NCBI GenBank assembly: GCA_964529025.1
Contig: CAZGUZ010000001.1
Span: 70,163 to 134,162, forward strand
Source of the DNA: an uncultured Candidatus Saccharibacteria bacterium
GTDB taxonomy: Bacteria > Patescibacteriota > Minisyncoccia > Phycocordibacterales > PALSA-1337
DNA length: 64,000 bases
Direction: 5' to 3'
The notes below the pieces were generated by a model that had not been told where the DNA came from, ran no database searches, and was given only the letters and a program-made list of their open reading frames with translations. Below, piece by piece: positions 48,137-56,744 of this stretch; within the stretch, counting starts at the first letter, position 1, and every line of letters begins with the position of its first letter. The translations under genes were made by a program, and so were the position numbers.

Positions 48137-50296
48137 TTAATTAGTTTTATTCTTCGACAGATTAAGTATACTATTCGCCATCTTTTTCACAATATCCTGT
48201 TCATTTTCTTCATCAAAAACAAAAACCTTATCGGGCTTTTCAAGGGCAAGTTCTTCGGCAATGCCAACCTTGGTAGTTATGAGCGGAATACCTATATAGG
48301 CAGCTTCGGCAAGTACCAAGCCATATCCTTCGTACAAAGAGGTACTGATTACGTAATCAGCTTTCTTGTAGTAATCAAATACGTATGCAGTAAAGCCAAC
48401 AAAAGCAACATCATTTTGAATACCTAATTCTTGTGCTTTTTGTTTAAGACTCTGTTCTAAAGAACCTGAACCAACAATAGTGAGTTTATTTTTGACTCCA
48501 TTTTGTATGAGCTCATGCGCAATAGCTAATGCCATGTGTACTCTTTTTTCTGACTCTAAGCGTGCAATTACTAAAAGTTGTAGTGGCTCGTCTTGTTTTT
48601 TTCTGAGCTCTTTTTGTTGTTCAAGCCAAATCTCTCTTTCGTGTCGTACTGCATCAAGAGCAACGACATCTACTTCTATAGGACGTACCACTATTCGATC
48701 TGCCGAAACACCCATATTCTTAATTAAGAATCTTTTAAGTGTATGCGAAACAACTCTAATATGAGTAGCGCAACGAATTATGATTTGTGAACATACATAA
48801 CGCAACCAATTGAGTTGAGAGTGTTCCCTAAAATGCACACTCGATAAGTCAGTATGTAATTGCACTTCAAAAACAAGTTGTGACTGATTGCCAAAAATAA
48901 GATTCCGCATGCTCATAATTACGTATACAATGAGACCTACCACTCCTGTTTCAAAAGGATCTTGGCAAGTTATCTTTGTTGGAATAGGCCTTTGAGCAGC
49001 AACAATGATTGCATCAAGAACGTATAAAAACTTCGAGCTCGACTGTGTTGAGTACACCGTACAGCGCTCGCTTAAAATTAAAGGCTTACGTTGCTTACCT
49101 TGTGAAAAGACAATAATATCAAGGTCTGACATATTCTCTGCATACTGAATGTGACGAAGTGCAACTTTAGAAGATTCCTCAAGTAAATTTCTATCAGTCG
49201 AAATCATAAGACATCGCTCACCCCGAGTATGGTGCAAAGAAAACTGAGTATGAACGACAGCAGTACGAATAATGTCTTGTGCAACATTTTTCCAATCCCT
49301 CTTTTCTTTTATTTTATACTGCTCCGCTCGAGCACAAGCCTCTGCATAGCCTTGCGGAGAAGCAAGAGCCGTGAGCGCATTCGCAATACTCTGAACATTC
49401 ATAGGGTCCACAACTGTTACATAAGGTCGAATCTTATCGAGGATTCCGCACTCTTCGGTAACGATACAAGGTTTGCCATACGACAATGCCTCAAGAATCA
49501 TATTAGGACTAATATCGCCTAAAGAAACTTGTGCAACCACATATGCAGTTTGCATTTTTCTATGTGCTTCGTCTTTTTTAAGCGGACCGAACAGAACATC
49601 CATTTCAGGGTATTGCTGCCGCACCGCATTAACTGCCTTTTGTAAAACATCGTTATTCTTCCAAACAAGAGGACGCGTTACTGCATATACAACTTTAGAT
49701 GTTGTTCTATCACTCACCATCTGCTCCACCCCACTCACACCTTGCACTAAAGCGTTATCAATAACAGTTACATGTTTAAGGCGAGCCAAACCATAAGGGC
49801 CCGTAAATATATTTTTTTGCCACTCTGTGCTAAAAGCAACAACATCGGCACATCTATATGAAAACTTTATCAGTTCAAAGATTATTTTTTCTTTGATATT
49901 TAAGTACGGGAGCTCGGTTGCATAAAAGTTTCTCAGTAATACCTTTTTGCGAGTTCTTTCAACATACCCTTCCCATAAAAAATCTCCACCTGTGCGAATG
50001 ATAGATGGCACACCAAGAATTTTAGCCGCTACGACAGCAGGAACAGCGGCGCTAAACGTATCAACAACAATAGCGATATCTGCCCCTCGAAGGAGCATTA
50101 ATGTTTTCCAAAAATATACAAGGTGTCGTATTCCAATAGGAAGAGATCTTTCATAGGTAAAAGTAGCAATTGCCACATTGTGACCTTGTTCACGATATAC
50201 TTTTTCAATTTCTGAAGAATAGAGAGCCGGACCACCTGTATGAGGTGGATATATTCCTGTTGCAATAACAATTGAATATTTAGGCTCGTTGTTCAT
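48137..50296 (-). CDS. Tandem double GT4 glycosyltransferase fusion
   Basis: 719 aa. Two complete GT-B units are present. The first starts IVIATGIYPPHTGGPALY and ends ...ILEALSYGKPCIVTE. The second ends ...STSLYEGYGLVLAEAAYIGIPLITTKVG. Confidence 0.75.
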   Translation of the reverse strand: MNNEPKYSIVIATGIYPPHTGGPALYSSEIEKVYREQGHNVAIATFTYERSLPIGIRHLVYFWKTLMLLRGADIAIVVDTFSAAVPAVVAAKILGVPSIIRTGGDFLWEGYVERTRKKVLLRNFYATELPYLNIKEKIIFELIKFSYRCADVVAFSTEWQKNIFTGPYGLARLKHVTVIDNALVQGVSGVEQMVSDRTTSKVVYAVTRPLVWKNNDVLQKAVNAVRQQYPEMDVLFGPLKKDEAHRKMQTAYVVAQVSLGDISPNMILEALSYGKPCIVTEECGILDKIRPYVTVVDPMNVQSIANALTALASPQGYAEACARAEQYKIKEKRDWKNVAQDIIRTAVVHTQFSLHHTRGERCLMISTDRNLLEESSKVALRHIQYAENMSDLDIIVFSQGKQRKPLILSERCTVYSTQSSSKFLYVLDAIIVAAQRPIPTKITCQDPFETGVVGLIVYVIMSMRNLIFGNQSQLVFEVQLHTDLSSVHFREHSQLNWLRYVCSQIIIRCATHIRVVSHTLKRFLIKNMGVSADRIVVRPIEVDVVALDAVRHEREIWLEQQKELRKKQDEPLQLLVIARLESEKRVHMALAIAHELIQNGVKNKLTIVGSGSLEQSLKQKAQELGIQNDVAFVGFTAYVFDYYKKADYVISTSLYEGYGLVLAEAAYIGIPLITTKVGIAEELALEKPDKVFVFDEENEQDIVKKMANSILNLSKNKTN

Positions 50297-51512
50297 TGTT
50301 TCGTAATTTTGGTTCAGGCTGAATCATTACCGCATCCAAAACTTTCGTCTTAAATGATTGAGCAACTGTAGACCAATTATACTGCTTATGCACCATTTCA
50401 TATCCTGAAACAACAACCTTGCGGCGGAGCTTCTGGTCGTGAATATAAAGCTCGATACATTCAGCAACACTCTCGGGCGAATCAATTTCAGCAAAGATGC
50501 CAGTTACTCCATCGGTAAGAAAATCAGGGATACCGCCAATATTTGTTGCAATAACAGGCAAACCTGCAGCCATTGCTTCTAAGAAAGAATTGCCAAGCCC
50601 TTCTGATCTTGATGGTCGCGCAAAAATATCTGCAGCTTGCAAATATGCAGCCATTTCTTCGTGAGGAATTTGACCCAAGAATTTTACTCTATGCTGAACT
50701 TTTTTAAGAGCCGCTCTTTGTTTAAGCTCGGTTTCGAGTTCACCTGAACCAAGAATTGCAAGGTGTACATGCTCTGGCAAATACACGAGCGAATCAATAA
50801 GCGTATCAATGCCATTCTTATGTGTAAGTCGTGATGTAGTAATAACACATACACTTGTTGGCTTTTTATTCATCGCCTCTGCTGCTCGAGCAATATTTGA
50901 AGCAGAAACCGGAGCGGAAATAACCGAGACATCAACACCATTAGGAACCACTTCAACCGGACACAGAGCGCCCATAGTACCAGCAAAACGCTTAAGAAAA
51001 TTTGATATGGCATGCACACGACTTGCTCGTGCAAAAATCTTTCTAAAGAGTGGGTACACGGGTTTCATTTGGCGAACAATTTCTTCTATTGGAATTCCCT
51101 CTTGCAAAGTCACAACATACTTAGGTAGTGGATATATATACGTAAAAAGTACCGAAGCCAAACCAGCATATGCTGCCATTATGCTCCACACGATATCGTA
51201 TGAGTTTTTCTTATGGAGCTTAAGTGCTTCGATAAAAGCAAGTGGTACGTACAAGATTTTACTTACCAAAGAAAGGGTTGAACCATTTTCAAGGGGCTCA
51301 AGTTTAGTGTAGAGCCATGGAATACCAATACGGTACACATTAACTGCACCGATCTTTTCATAAGCAGGATCACCTGCCCCACGAAGAGTTATCATGTCAA
51401 AAGAATATTCCTCTTCAGGAATTCTTTGAGTAATTTCACGAACAGCAACTTCTGCCCCGCCAATATAACGAGGATAGTATGCAAGAGAAAAAATCAGTAC
51501 TTTTCGGGCCAT
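50280..51512 (-). CDS. GT4-family (GT-B) glycosyltransferase
   Basis: 410 aa. N-terminus VLIFSLAYYPRYIGGAEVAVREI and C-terminus ...PSRSEGLGNSFLEAMAAGLPVIATNIGGIPD.... Confidence 0.8.
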   Translation of the reverse strand: MARKVLIFSLAYYPRYIGGAEVAVREITQRIPEEEYSFDMITLRGAGDPAYEKIGAVNVYRIGIPWLYTKLEPLENGSTLSLVSKILYVPLAFIEALKLHKKNSYDIVWSIMAAYAGLASVLFTYIYPLPKYVVTLQEGIPIEEIVRQMKPVYPLFRKIFARASRVHAISNFLKRFAGTMGALCPVEVVPNGVDVSVISAPVSASNIARAAEAMNKKPTSVCVITTSRLTHKNGIDTLIDSLVYLPEHVHLAILGSGELETELKQRAALKKVQHRVKFLGQIPHEEMAAYLQAADIFARPSRSEGLGNSFLEAMAAGLPVIATNIGGIPDFLTDGVTGIFAEIDSPESVAECIELYIHDQKLRRKVVVSGYEMVHKQYNWSTVAQSFKTKVLDAVMIQPEPKLRNNEQRA

Positions 51513-51521
51513 GGAAGCATA

Positions 51522-53474
51522 CTACTCTACCTTGAGCACAGACGCCAGTACCTCATGGGGAACCTCTTTTTTAGGAGCTTGCTTTTCTGGCTCGTTCTTA
51601 TGAACAGGCGCATTTTCTGGTGGTCTAAAACCTTCTTTTGGTTTCAATACTATTTTAGGCTTTGGAGATGCAGCTCGATCGGCCATTGGATCATGTTTTG
51701 AATTTTGAGTATGCTGAGAAATTTTTGCCTCATGATGATGAGCCTGCAAATTATGATTCACAGCCTTCTGTGAAATTGGCTCTTTATTTTGAGTTAAAGA
51801 ACTGAGCATATCTTTAAGCGAAGCAAAACCATCCTGAGGATTTGATTCAAGTGGCGGTCGTTGAATTTTTTCTTGTGAATGCGATTGTGGATGTGACTGC
51901 GGCTGCTGCTGTTGTCGTTGTTGCTGTTGCTGAGGCTGGTGTTGAGGTTGCTCTTGAGGTCGTGGTTGTACTTGTGGCTTTTGTTGCACCTGAACTGGAG
52001 CCGCTTGTTGTGTCGGCACTGGCGCAGTACTTACTACCGACTGAGGCTGGACTTTAGGTGACTGGTTTTGAGGTTGAGCTTGTGCCTGAGGTCGTGGCTG
52101 AGACTGTGGTTGCGCCATAGGTGGTCGTACAGCTTTTTCTGTAGGCTTTATACCTTTATTCTTTGGCTTTTTATCTTCAGAACCTGGGAGTGGCTTATGC
52201 CATTCTTCAATGAGCTGCTCTACAGAGGCGCGTGATCGAGCAAATTGCGCTCGAGAAGCAGCAATAACCTTGTCGATAGCAGAATCTTGCGGCAATTTAA
52301 TTGGCTCCATCGTCACAGCCGAAAATGGCTGCGAACTAATTCCATCGATCATGAGCTTTAAATAAATCTGTGCAAAACCAAGGTTCACCATATCTTCTGC
52401 AGTAAACTGTGGAGCAAATTCTTTTTCAAGAACTTCGGCATCGAAAGCGCCGACACGAAAAGCAACCATGGTACCAACGTTACCAAAGACAGCTGCTCGA
52501 ACCTCTTCTTCCATTTGTTCTATGTATTGGTGGGCAACGGTAAGGTTGAGTTTATACTTTCGGGCTTCTGACAAAATGTCTGCAAATGATTCATTGGCAA
52601 AGTTCTGGAATTCGTCCACAAAAAGATAGAAGTTTGGCAAAGTCTTAAGAACTCTGTCGCCCACATCGGCTCGAGACATTGCAGCAAGGTAGATTTTAGT
52701 AATGAGCATTCCACCAAGCAAATTGGCATTTGATTCGCCAATGCGACCCTTAGAAAGGTTAATGATAATAATCTTACGATTATCCATAAGAGCGCGTATA
52801 TCAAATGACGAACGCTCTTGCCCTATCATGTTTCGAATAAGAGCGTTTGCAGTAAACTGTCCGATTTTATTTTGAATTGCAGGAACAGCTTCGGCAGCCA
52901 TACGCTCGGTATAGTTTGCAAATTCATCAAGCCAGAATGATCGCACCGACGGGTCTTTTACATGCGTCAAAACTTGATCACGATACGCCTTGTCAGACAA
53001 CATACGGTTTACACCAAGGAGTGTTGCTCCGGGGAACTCGAGTAAAGCAAGGAGAGTATTCGTAAGAATGTATTCCATTCGAGCAGACCAAGCATCTTGC
53101 CAAATCTTTTTGAATGTACTCATAAGACCAGCCACTACAAGATGTCGTTTGTCCTGGTCTACCTGTTCGAGCACATTGAATGAAATAGGATACTCCATAT
53201 CGAATGGAGCAAAGTACACAACATCTTTTGCTCGTGACTCTGGAATATATTCAAGAAGAAGTTCTGCCGTTTTGCCGTGAGGGTCGATGAAAGCAAAACC
53301 TTCGCCATTCTTAATATCTTGAACAGCCATGTTTTCAAGTAAGGTCGACTTACCCATACCTGTTTTTCCAATTACGTACACATGTCGAGTACGGTCTTTG
53401 GCTTTGATACCAAAAGGCGTTCGCTTATTGCGAGAATCTGTGTACGCGAAATATGTAACACGATTTTCGTCCAT
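51522..53474 (-). CDS. VirD4/TraG/TraD-like type IV coupling-protein-family ATPase (soluble, no N-terminal TM) with long P/Q-rich disordered tail
   Basis: 650 aa. Walker A (YVIGKTGMGKST), a DPHGK motif (cf. DPKGE of VirD4), Walker B (FYLFVDEFQNF) and a TraD/TraG-type C-terminal AAA core are present. The last roughly 200 aa are low-complexity, about 60 percent P and Q (PQSQPRPQAQAQPQNQ..., QQQQQRQQQQPQSHPQSH). Confidence 0.7.
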   Translation of the reverse strand: MDENRVTYFAYTDSRNKRTPFGIKAKDRTRHVYVIGKTGMGKSTLLENMAVQDIKNGEGFAFIDPHGKTAELLLEYIPESRAKDVVYFAPFDMEYPISFNVLEQVDQDKRHLVVAGLMSTFKKIWQDAWSARMEYILTNTLLALLEFPGATLLGVNRMLSDKAYRDQVLTHVKDPSVRSFWLDEFANYTERMAAEAVPAIQNKIGQFTANALIRNMIGQERSSFDIRALMDNRKIIIINLSKGRIGESNANLLGGMLITKIYLAAMSRADVGDRVLKTLPNFYLFVDEFQNFANESFADILSEARKYKLNLTVAHQYIEQMEEEVRAAVFGNVGTMVAFRVGAFDAEVLEKEFAPQFTAEDMVNLGFAQIYLKLMIDGISSQPFSAVTMEPIKLPQDSAIDKVIAASRAQFARSRASVEQLIEEWHKPLPGSEDKKPKNKGIKPTEKAVRPPMAQPQSQPRPQAQAQPQNQSPKVQPQSVVSTAPVPTQQAAPVQVQQKPQVQPRPQEQPQHQPQQQQQRQQQQPQSHPQSHSQEKIQRPPLESNPQDGFASLKDMLSSLTQNKEPISQKAVNHNLQAHHHEAKISQHTQNSKHDPMADRAASPKPKIVLKPKEGFRPPENAPVHKNEPEKQAPKKEVPHEVLASVLKVE

Positions 53475-53543
53475 ATAGAAAGAAATTAATACCTGTATAG
53501 TATACCACGCTTTTTATATTGAAATGTGACAAATAAACAACCC

Positions 53544-53568
53544 CACACGCATTGCGCGTGTGGGGTGT
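53544..53568 (-). terminator. Intrinsic terminator about 70 nt upstream of the coupling-protein gene start (ends the upstream transcript, or acts as an attenuator)
   Basis: Minus strand: CCCCACACGCG CAA UGCGUGUGGGG followed by UUGUUUAUUU. Confidence 0.65.
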
Positions 53569-53569
53569 C

Positions 53570-53870
53570 GGGTCGAAGTACGTGAGATCACTTCAACCCA
53601 CAACTTTGCCTGATCTCACCCGAGTGAGTAAAGGCTCCGCTCGGACGTGAGAGCTGTCTAGGTTCACGACCAAGAACACTCCTAATGATCGTTGCGGCGG
53701 GGATGTTTGTAGGGACAACTCCCTCTCCGGGAGTCTGACCGATAGTGGCTACTTTTACAGCGCCACCTCTTACAGGTTCTGAAGGTTTCATTGCTACAAA
53801 CACACTACACCCGCCACTATAACTTGTAAAGTGTTTATAACTGTATTTTCCACAACGAACGACGGCCGAG
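53570..53870 (-). ncRNA. GC-rich structured RNA candidate (sRNA, 3'-UTR element or regulatory leader; class unknown)
   Basis: A roughly 300-nt GC-rich stretch lies between the glycoside-hydrolase-like gene stop and the terminator. It has multiple nested complementary segments: AUAGUGGC/GCCACUAU, GGCGGG/CCCGCC, CUCCC-GGAGA-GGGAG and a 10-bp GGGUUGAAGU/ACUUCGACCC helix. The only ORF is a 71-aa GC-biased frame (53588..53803). Confidence 0.35.
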
Positions 53871-53890
53871 TGCCACCTTACAATAATTTT

Positions 53891-55051
53891 TTATTCCGGT
53901 AGATACGCTCCTGCTGTATAACGATTCGAAGCATTCCACACAAGCCAGCCATTCAAACCAACATCGTATGTTGCTTGAATCTGGGCTCGAATCATTTCGG
54001 GAGTATATGTCGTGCCACCAATACTAAAATCTTGTATCCATGGTCGTAATTTTTGTGGCGAGGTGCTTGCTGCAACTGCTCTCTCAACCGCTTTTGACAT
54101 TGCATACTGAATAATTTCATACGGCTTCTCTGCTGGCTTTTTATATCCATTAAAATTTGGTGGGTAGTGTGATGGGTACACCATTGGATACACATAATCA
54201 AAATAGGTTAAAGCTGGTTCAAGGAGTTGACCAATACCTAAGTCATCAGTATTCGAAGTAGTCATACCAAAAAGATCAGCAGAAAGGGGCACACCAAGAT
54301 CACCGAGGTCGTCGCGTACAAATTTAAAGTACGAAGTAAGAACTTCTGAGCGTACTCTCTTGCCCGCATAAGGATATACAATATTTGCCATATCGCCATC
54401 CGAAGGAAAACGTATATAGTCAAAATTAATTTCGCCAAAGCCTCTATCATATGATTCGCGAGCAATCATAGAAATATAGTGCCAATATGGTTCAGCTGCT
54501 GCATCAATCCAACTTACACCCTTAAAATCTTTCCAAATTTGATTATCACTCTTGCGTCGAACGGCCCACTCAGGGTGATGCGTTACCATGTATGAATCTT
54601 GGAAAATAGAGATGCGTCCAATTATATAAATATTCTTAGAATGAAGCTCATCAATGAGTGCGTCGATATCGGTTATACGATTTTCCCACGACTTAAACTC
54701 TTTAAGTTTTTCATTGCGGGGCTCGAAACTAATTTTTCCTGTATAGTCTTTAACATCAATAACAACAGCATTGATTTCGGTTTCATCAATGAGTTTAATT
54801 AATTTATTGCGTAGCTCTGGATTCCCCGCCACCCAGCTCGTCATATAAATTGCTTTTACAGATTCTGGTGTTTTTACTCGCTCTGGGCGAACTGGCTTTA
54901 TTGGTTCCGAATGTATTGCAGACTGAACTGCGCTCACAATGCCCGATGAATCAGGAACGACACGCAAAGGAAAGAAATATGAAACCGCATGAAAGACACC
55001 AATTATAACGACGAGGGCAATAATTGCTATCGATATGCGGATCGGTATCAT
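53891..55051 (-). CDS. Putative extracytoplasmic TIM-barrel glycoside hydrolase (DUF4015/GHL10-like), N-terminal TM anchor
   Basis: 386 aa. One N-terminal TM helix, then an about 340-aa domain with alternating hydrophobic beta-strands and acidic loop residues (...INFDYIRFPSDGD..., ...WIQDFSIGG...). These are reminiscent of putative glycosyl-hydrolase DUF4015 proteins. Confidence 0.45.
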   Translation of the reverse strand: MIPIRISIAIIALVVIIGVFHAVSYFFPLRVVPDSSGIVSAVQSAIHSEPIKPVRPERVKTPESVKAIYMTSWVAGNPELRNKLIKLIDETEINAVVIDVKDYTGKISFEPRNEKLKEFKSWENRITDIDALIDELHSKNIYIIGRISIFQDSYMVTHHPEWAVRRKSDNQIWKDFKGVSWIDAAAEPYWHYISMIARESYDRGFGEINFDYIRFPSDGDMANIVYPYAGKRVRSEVLTSYFKFVRDDLGDLGVPLSADLFGMTTSNTDDLGIGQLLEPALTYFDYVYPMVYPSHYPPNFNGYKKPAEKPYEIIQYAMSKAVERAVAASTSPQKLRPWIQDFSIGGTTYTPEMIRAQIQATYDVGLNGWLVWNASNRYTAGAYLPE

Positions 55052-55377
55052 ACGTTTTGTTGTTCACTTTTTGACTCACCTTGCTCCTCGGTTGATACTG
55101 CAGCTGATACTTCGGTCTCAGCTTCTGTTTCAGTTTCTGTTTCAGCTGCCACTTTGACTACTGGTTCATCTATTGCTTCGGCTTTTTTCTCGGCTGGTAT
55201 TTCCACTTTTTTATTTGAGAAAACTTGATACGTCAAAAAAATAATTACTAGAGCAAGAAGTACCGTTACCGAGGTTCGGAGTAATGAAGGAAACCCTGGT
55301 ATATGCATAATAAGAATTCCTGCTGCAAGAAAATAAAAGAAAGACTGTGGTCGGGATGATGTGGAAATATTTTTCAT
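55048..55377 (-). CDS. Small membrane protein with highly acidic Thr/Glu-rich C-terminal tail
   Basis: 109 aa. Two TM helices then ...ETETETEAETEVSAAVSTEEQGESKSEQQNV. The 4-nt overlap with the upstream gene suggests co-translation. Confidence 0.45.
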   Translation of the reverse strand: MKNISTSSRPQSFFYFLAAGILIMHIPGFPSLLRTSVTVLLALVIIFLTYQVFSNKKVEIPAEKKAEAIDEPVVKVAAETETETEAETEVSAAVSTEEQGESKSEQQNV

Positions 55378-55442
55378 ACAATAAAATCTGAAAGTGAAAT
55401 ATACCTTATATTACCACCGGTTTTGGATTTTAATGTAGAAAA

Positions 55443-55469
55443 AAGGCGCTGTTTTGTGGACAACGCCTT
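55443..55469 (-). terminator. Intrinsic terminator after 55468..55857
   Basis: AAGGCG-loop-CGCCUU hairpin followed on the minus strand by UUUUUUCUACAUU. Confidence 0.5.
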
Positions 55470-55857
55470 ATGCCGCAACCTGCTCATGTGGTTGCCATAA
55501 CCTATCAAACATACCCATGATTGCTCCAATAAAAATTTCTTGGGTATTGTCGTTAAGGCAAAGTATTAATTGCCCCGCTTCGTCAAACCTTCTCTGTCCC
55601 ATCAAAAACTGAATTGTTGGTGGTAGTGCATTGCTGCACAGAGTTGGATTCGAAAAGAGTTCAGGGTGCTTCCCGTATGCCGCCACAACAACAGAGTGGC
55701 AGTCAGAGGCAAGAGGAATCCTTGCTATATAGGCAAAAAAGTTTTGCTGAATTACAAACAGCGACACTCTTTCGCCTCGACCACATTCGGCCACCTGTTG
55801 TGCAAACTCTCGTATTGCACCCAGATGACGGCGAACTGCCGTAGATGCAATGTTCAT
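55468..55857 (-). CDS. Hypothetical protein
   Basis: 129 aa. Good coding potential and tight spacing with rsmI (10 nt). No recognisable motif. Confidence 0.4.
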   Translation of the reverse strand: MNIASTAVRRHLGAIREFAQQVAECGRGERVSLFVIQQNFFAYIARIPLASDCHSVVVAAYGKHPELFSNPTLCSNALPPTIQFLMGQRRFDEAGQLILCLNDNTQEIFIGAIMGMFDRLWQPHEQVAA

Positions 55858-55867
55858 TTATATAATT

Positions 55868-56596
55868 CTACGATTTTTGAGCTGGAGACACAATAACGAC
55901 AAATTCGCCACGAGTAAGGTCGGGGTTATGAGTTAAGGCTTGAGCAACGTCATGCGGAGTGCCTTGGATAACGTTTTCAAACACCTTTGTGATTTCTTTA
56001 ACAAGAGTTATGGTCACTGGAGTCTCACCGAAGGTGAGCGCGAGCGAAGCGAGCGCTTTTTCAATGCGATGAGTTGATTCATAAAAAATACATGTGCGCT
56101 CTTTTTCAACCACCTCACTCAATATTGTTTTCCAAAGAGTTTCCCTTCCCTTCTTATGCGGAGCAAAACCAAAAAATACACTTGGAGCAGTAGGAACGCC
56201 GGCAATAGATAGAGCGGCAGTTAAAGCCGAAGCTCCAGGAATAGCTTCAATATGAACAGGTTCTAAGCCACGCCCCACCCGCTCAAGCGAATAAGAACGA
56301 ATTCGCGCCACGAGCTCTGCACCAGGATCCGAAATACCAGGAGTTCCAGCATCAGAGACAACGGCCAAATTTTTGCCTTCTTCAAGAAGATTAATTATAT
56401 GACCTACTTTTGTAGAATCACTATGTGCGTGATAGCTCAATGTTTGTGTGCCAATATTGTGGAGCGATAAAATTTTTCTTGTTTCGCGAGTATCTTCACA
56501 TAAAATAACATCCGCATTACGAAGAGTTTCGAGAGCGCGGAGAGTAATATCATTCATATTACCTATAGGAGTTGCAACAATTGAGACTCGTACCAT
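55868..56596 (-). CDS. rsmI: 16S rRNA (cytidine1402-2'-O)-methyltransferase
   Basis: 242 aa. Tetrapyrrole-methylase fold; N-terminus VSIVATPIGNMNDITLRALETLRNADVILCEDTR. Confidence 0.85.
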   Translation of the reverse strand: MVRVSIVATPIGNMNDITLRALETLRNADVILCEDTRETRKILSLHNIGTQTLSYHAHSDSTKVGHIINLLEEGKNLAVVSDAGTPGISDPGAELVARIRSYSLERVGRGLEPVHIEAIPGASALTAALSIAGVPTAPSVFFGFAPHKKGRETLWKTILSEVVEKERTCIFYESTHRIEKALASLALTFGETPVTITLVKEITKVFENVIQGTPHDVAQALTHNPDLTRGEFVVIVSPAQKS

Positions 56597-56744
56597 ATAA
56601 ATATTATACTACACTTATACAACAAAATCAAGTAATTTGGTAATGTGTATTCGCATTTGACGGTCTCCTATGGTCGACACATTAAATCTGTTTGTACATC
56701 ACCCACTCATTCCCTCACTCGCTAGAAAATGCTAGTATCGTAGT

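Noticed and set aside
51842-52057. 71-aa plus-strand ORF (Val/Ala-rich) antisense to the P/Q-rich tail
   Set aside because: It is the reverse-complement reading of the CAG/CCG repeat tract inside the coupling-protein gene, not an independent gene.
53588-53803. 71-aa minus-strand ORF inside the second GC-rich element
   Set aside because: Gly/Pro/Arg-biased translation of a GC-rich structured region, with no Shine-Dalgarno context. Treated as non-coding.
53570-53870. SRP RNA identity for the second GC-rich element
   Set aside because: GGUCAGACUCCCGGAGAGGGAG loosely resembles SRP domain IV (GGUCAGGUCCGGAAGGAAGCAGC). The apical loop is not a GNRA tetraloop and the flanking symmetric loop is missing. 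It is left unassigned.
15877-53870. Shared CUUCGACCC...CCCC motif in both GC-rich elements as evidence of a repeat family
   Set aside because: Similarity is limited to about 15 nt within otherwise unrelated sequence. It is most likely a coincidence of GC-rich hairpins.
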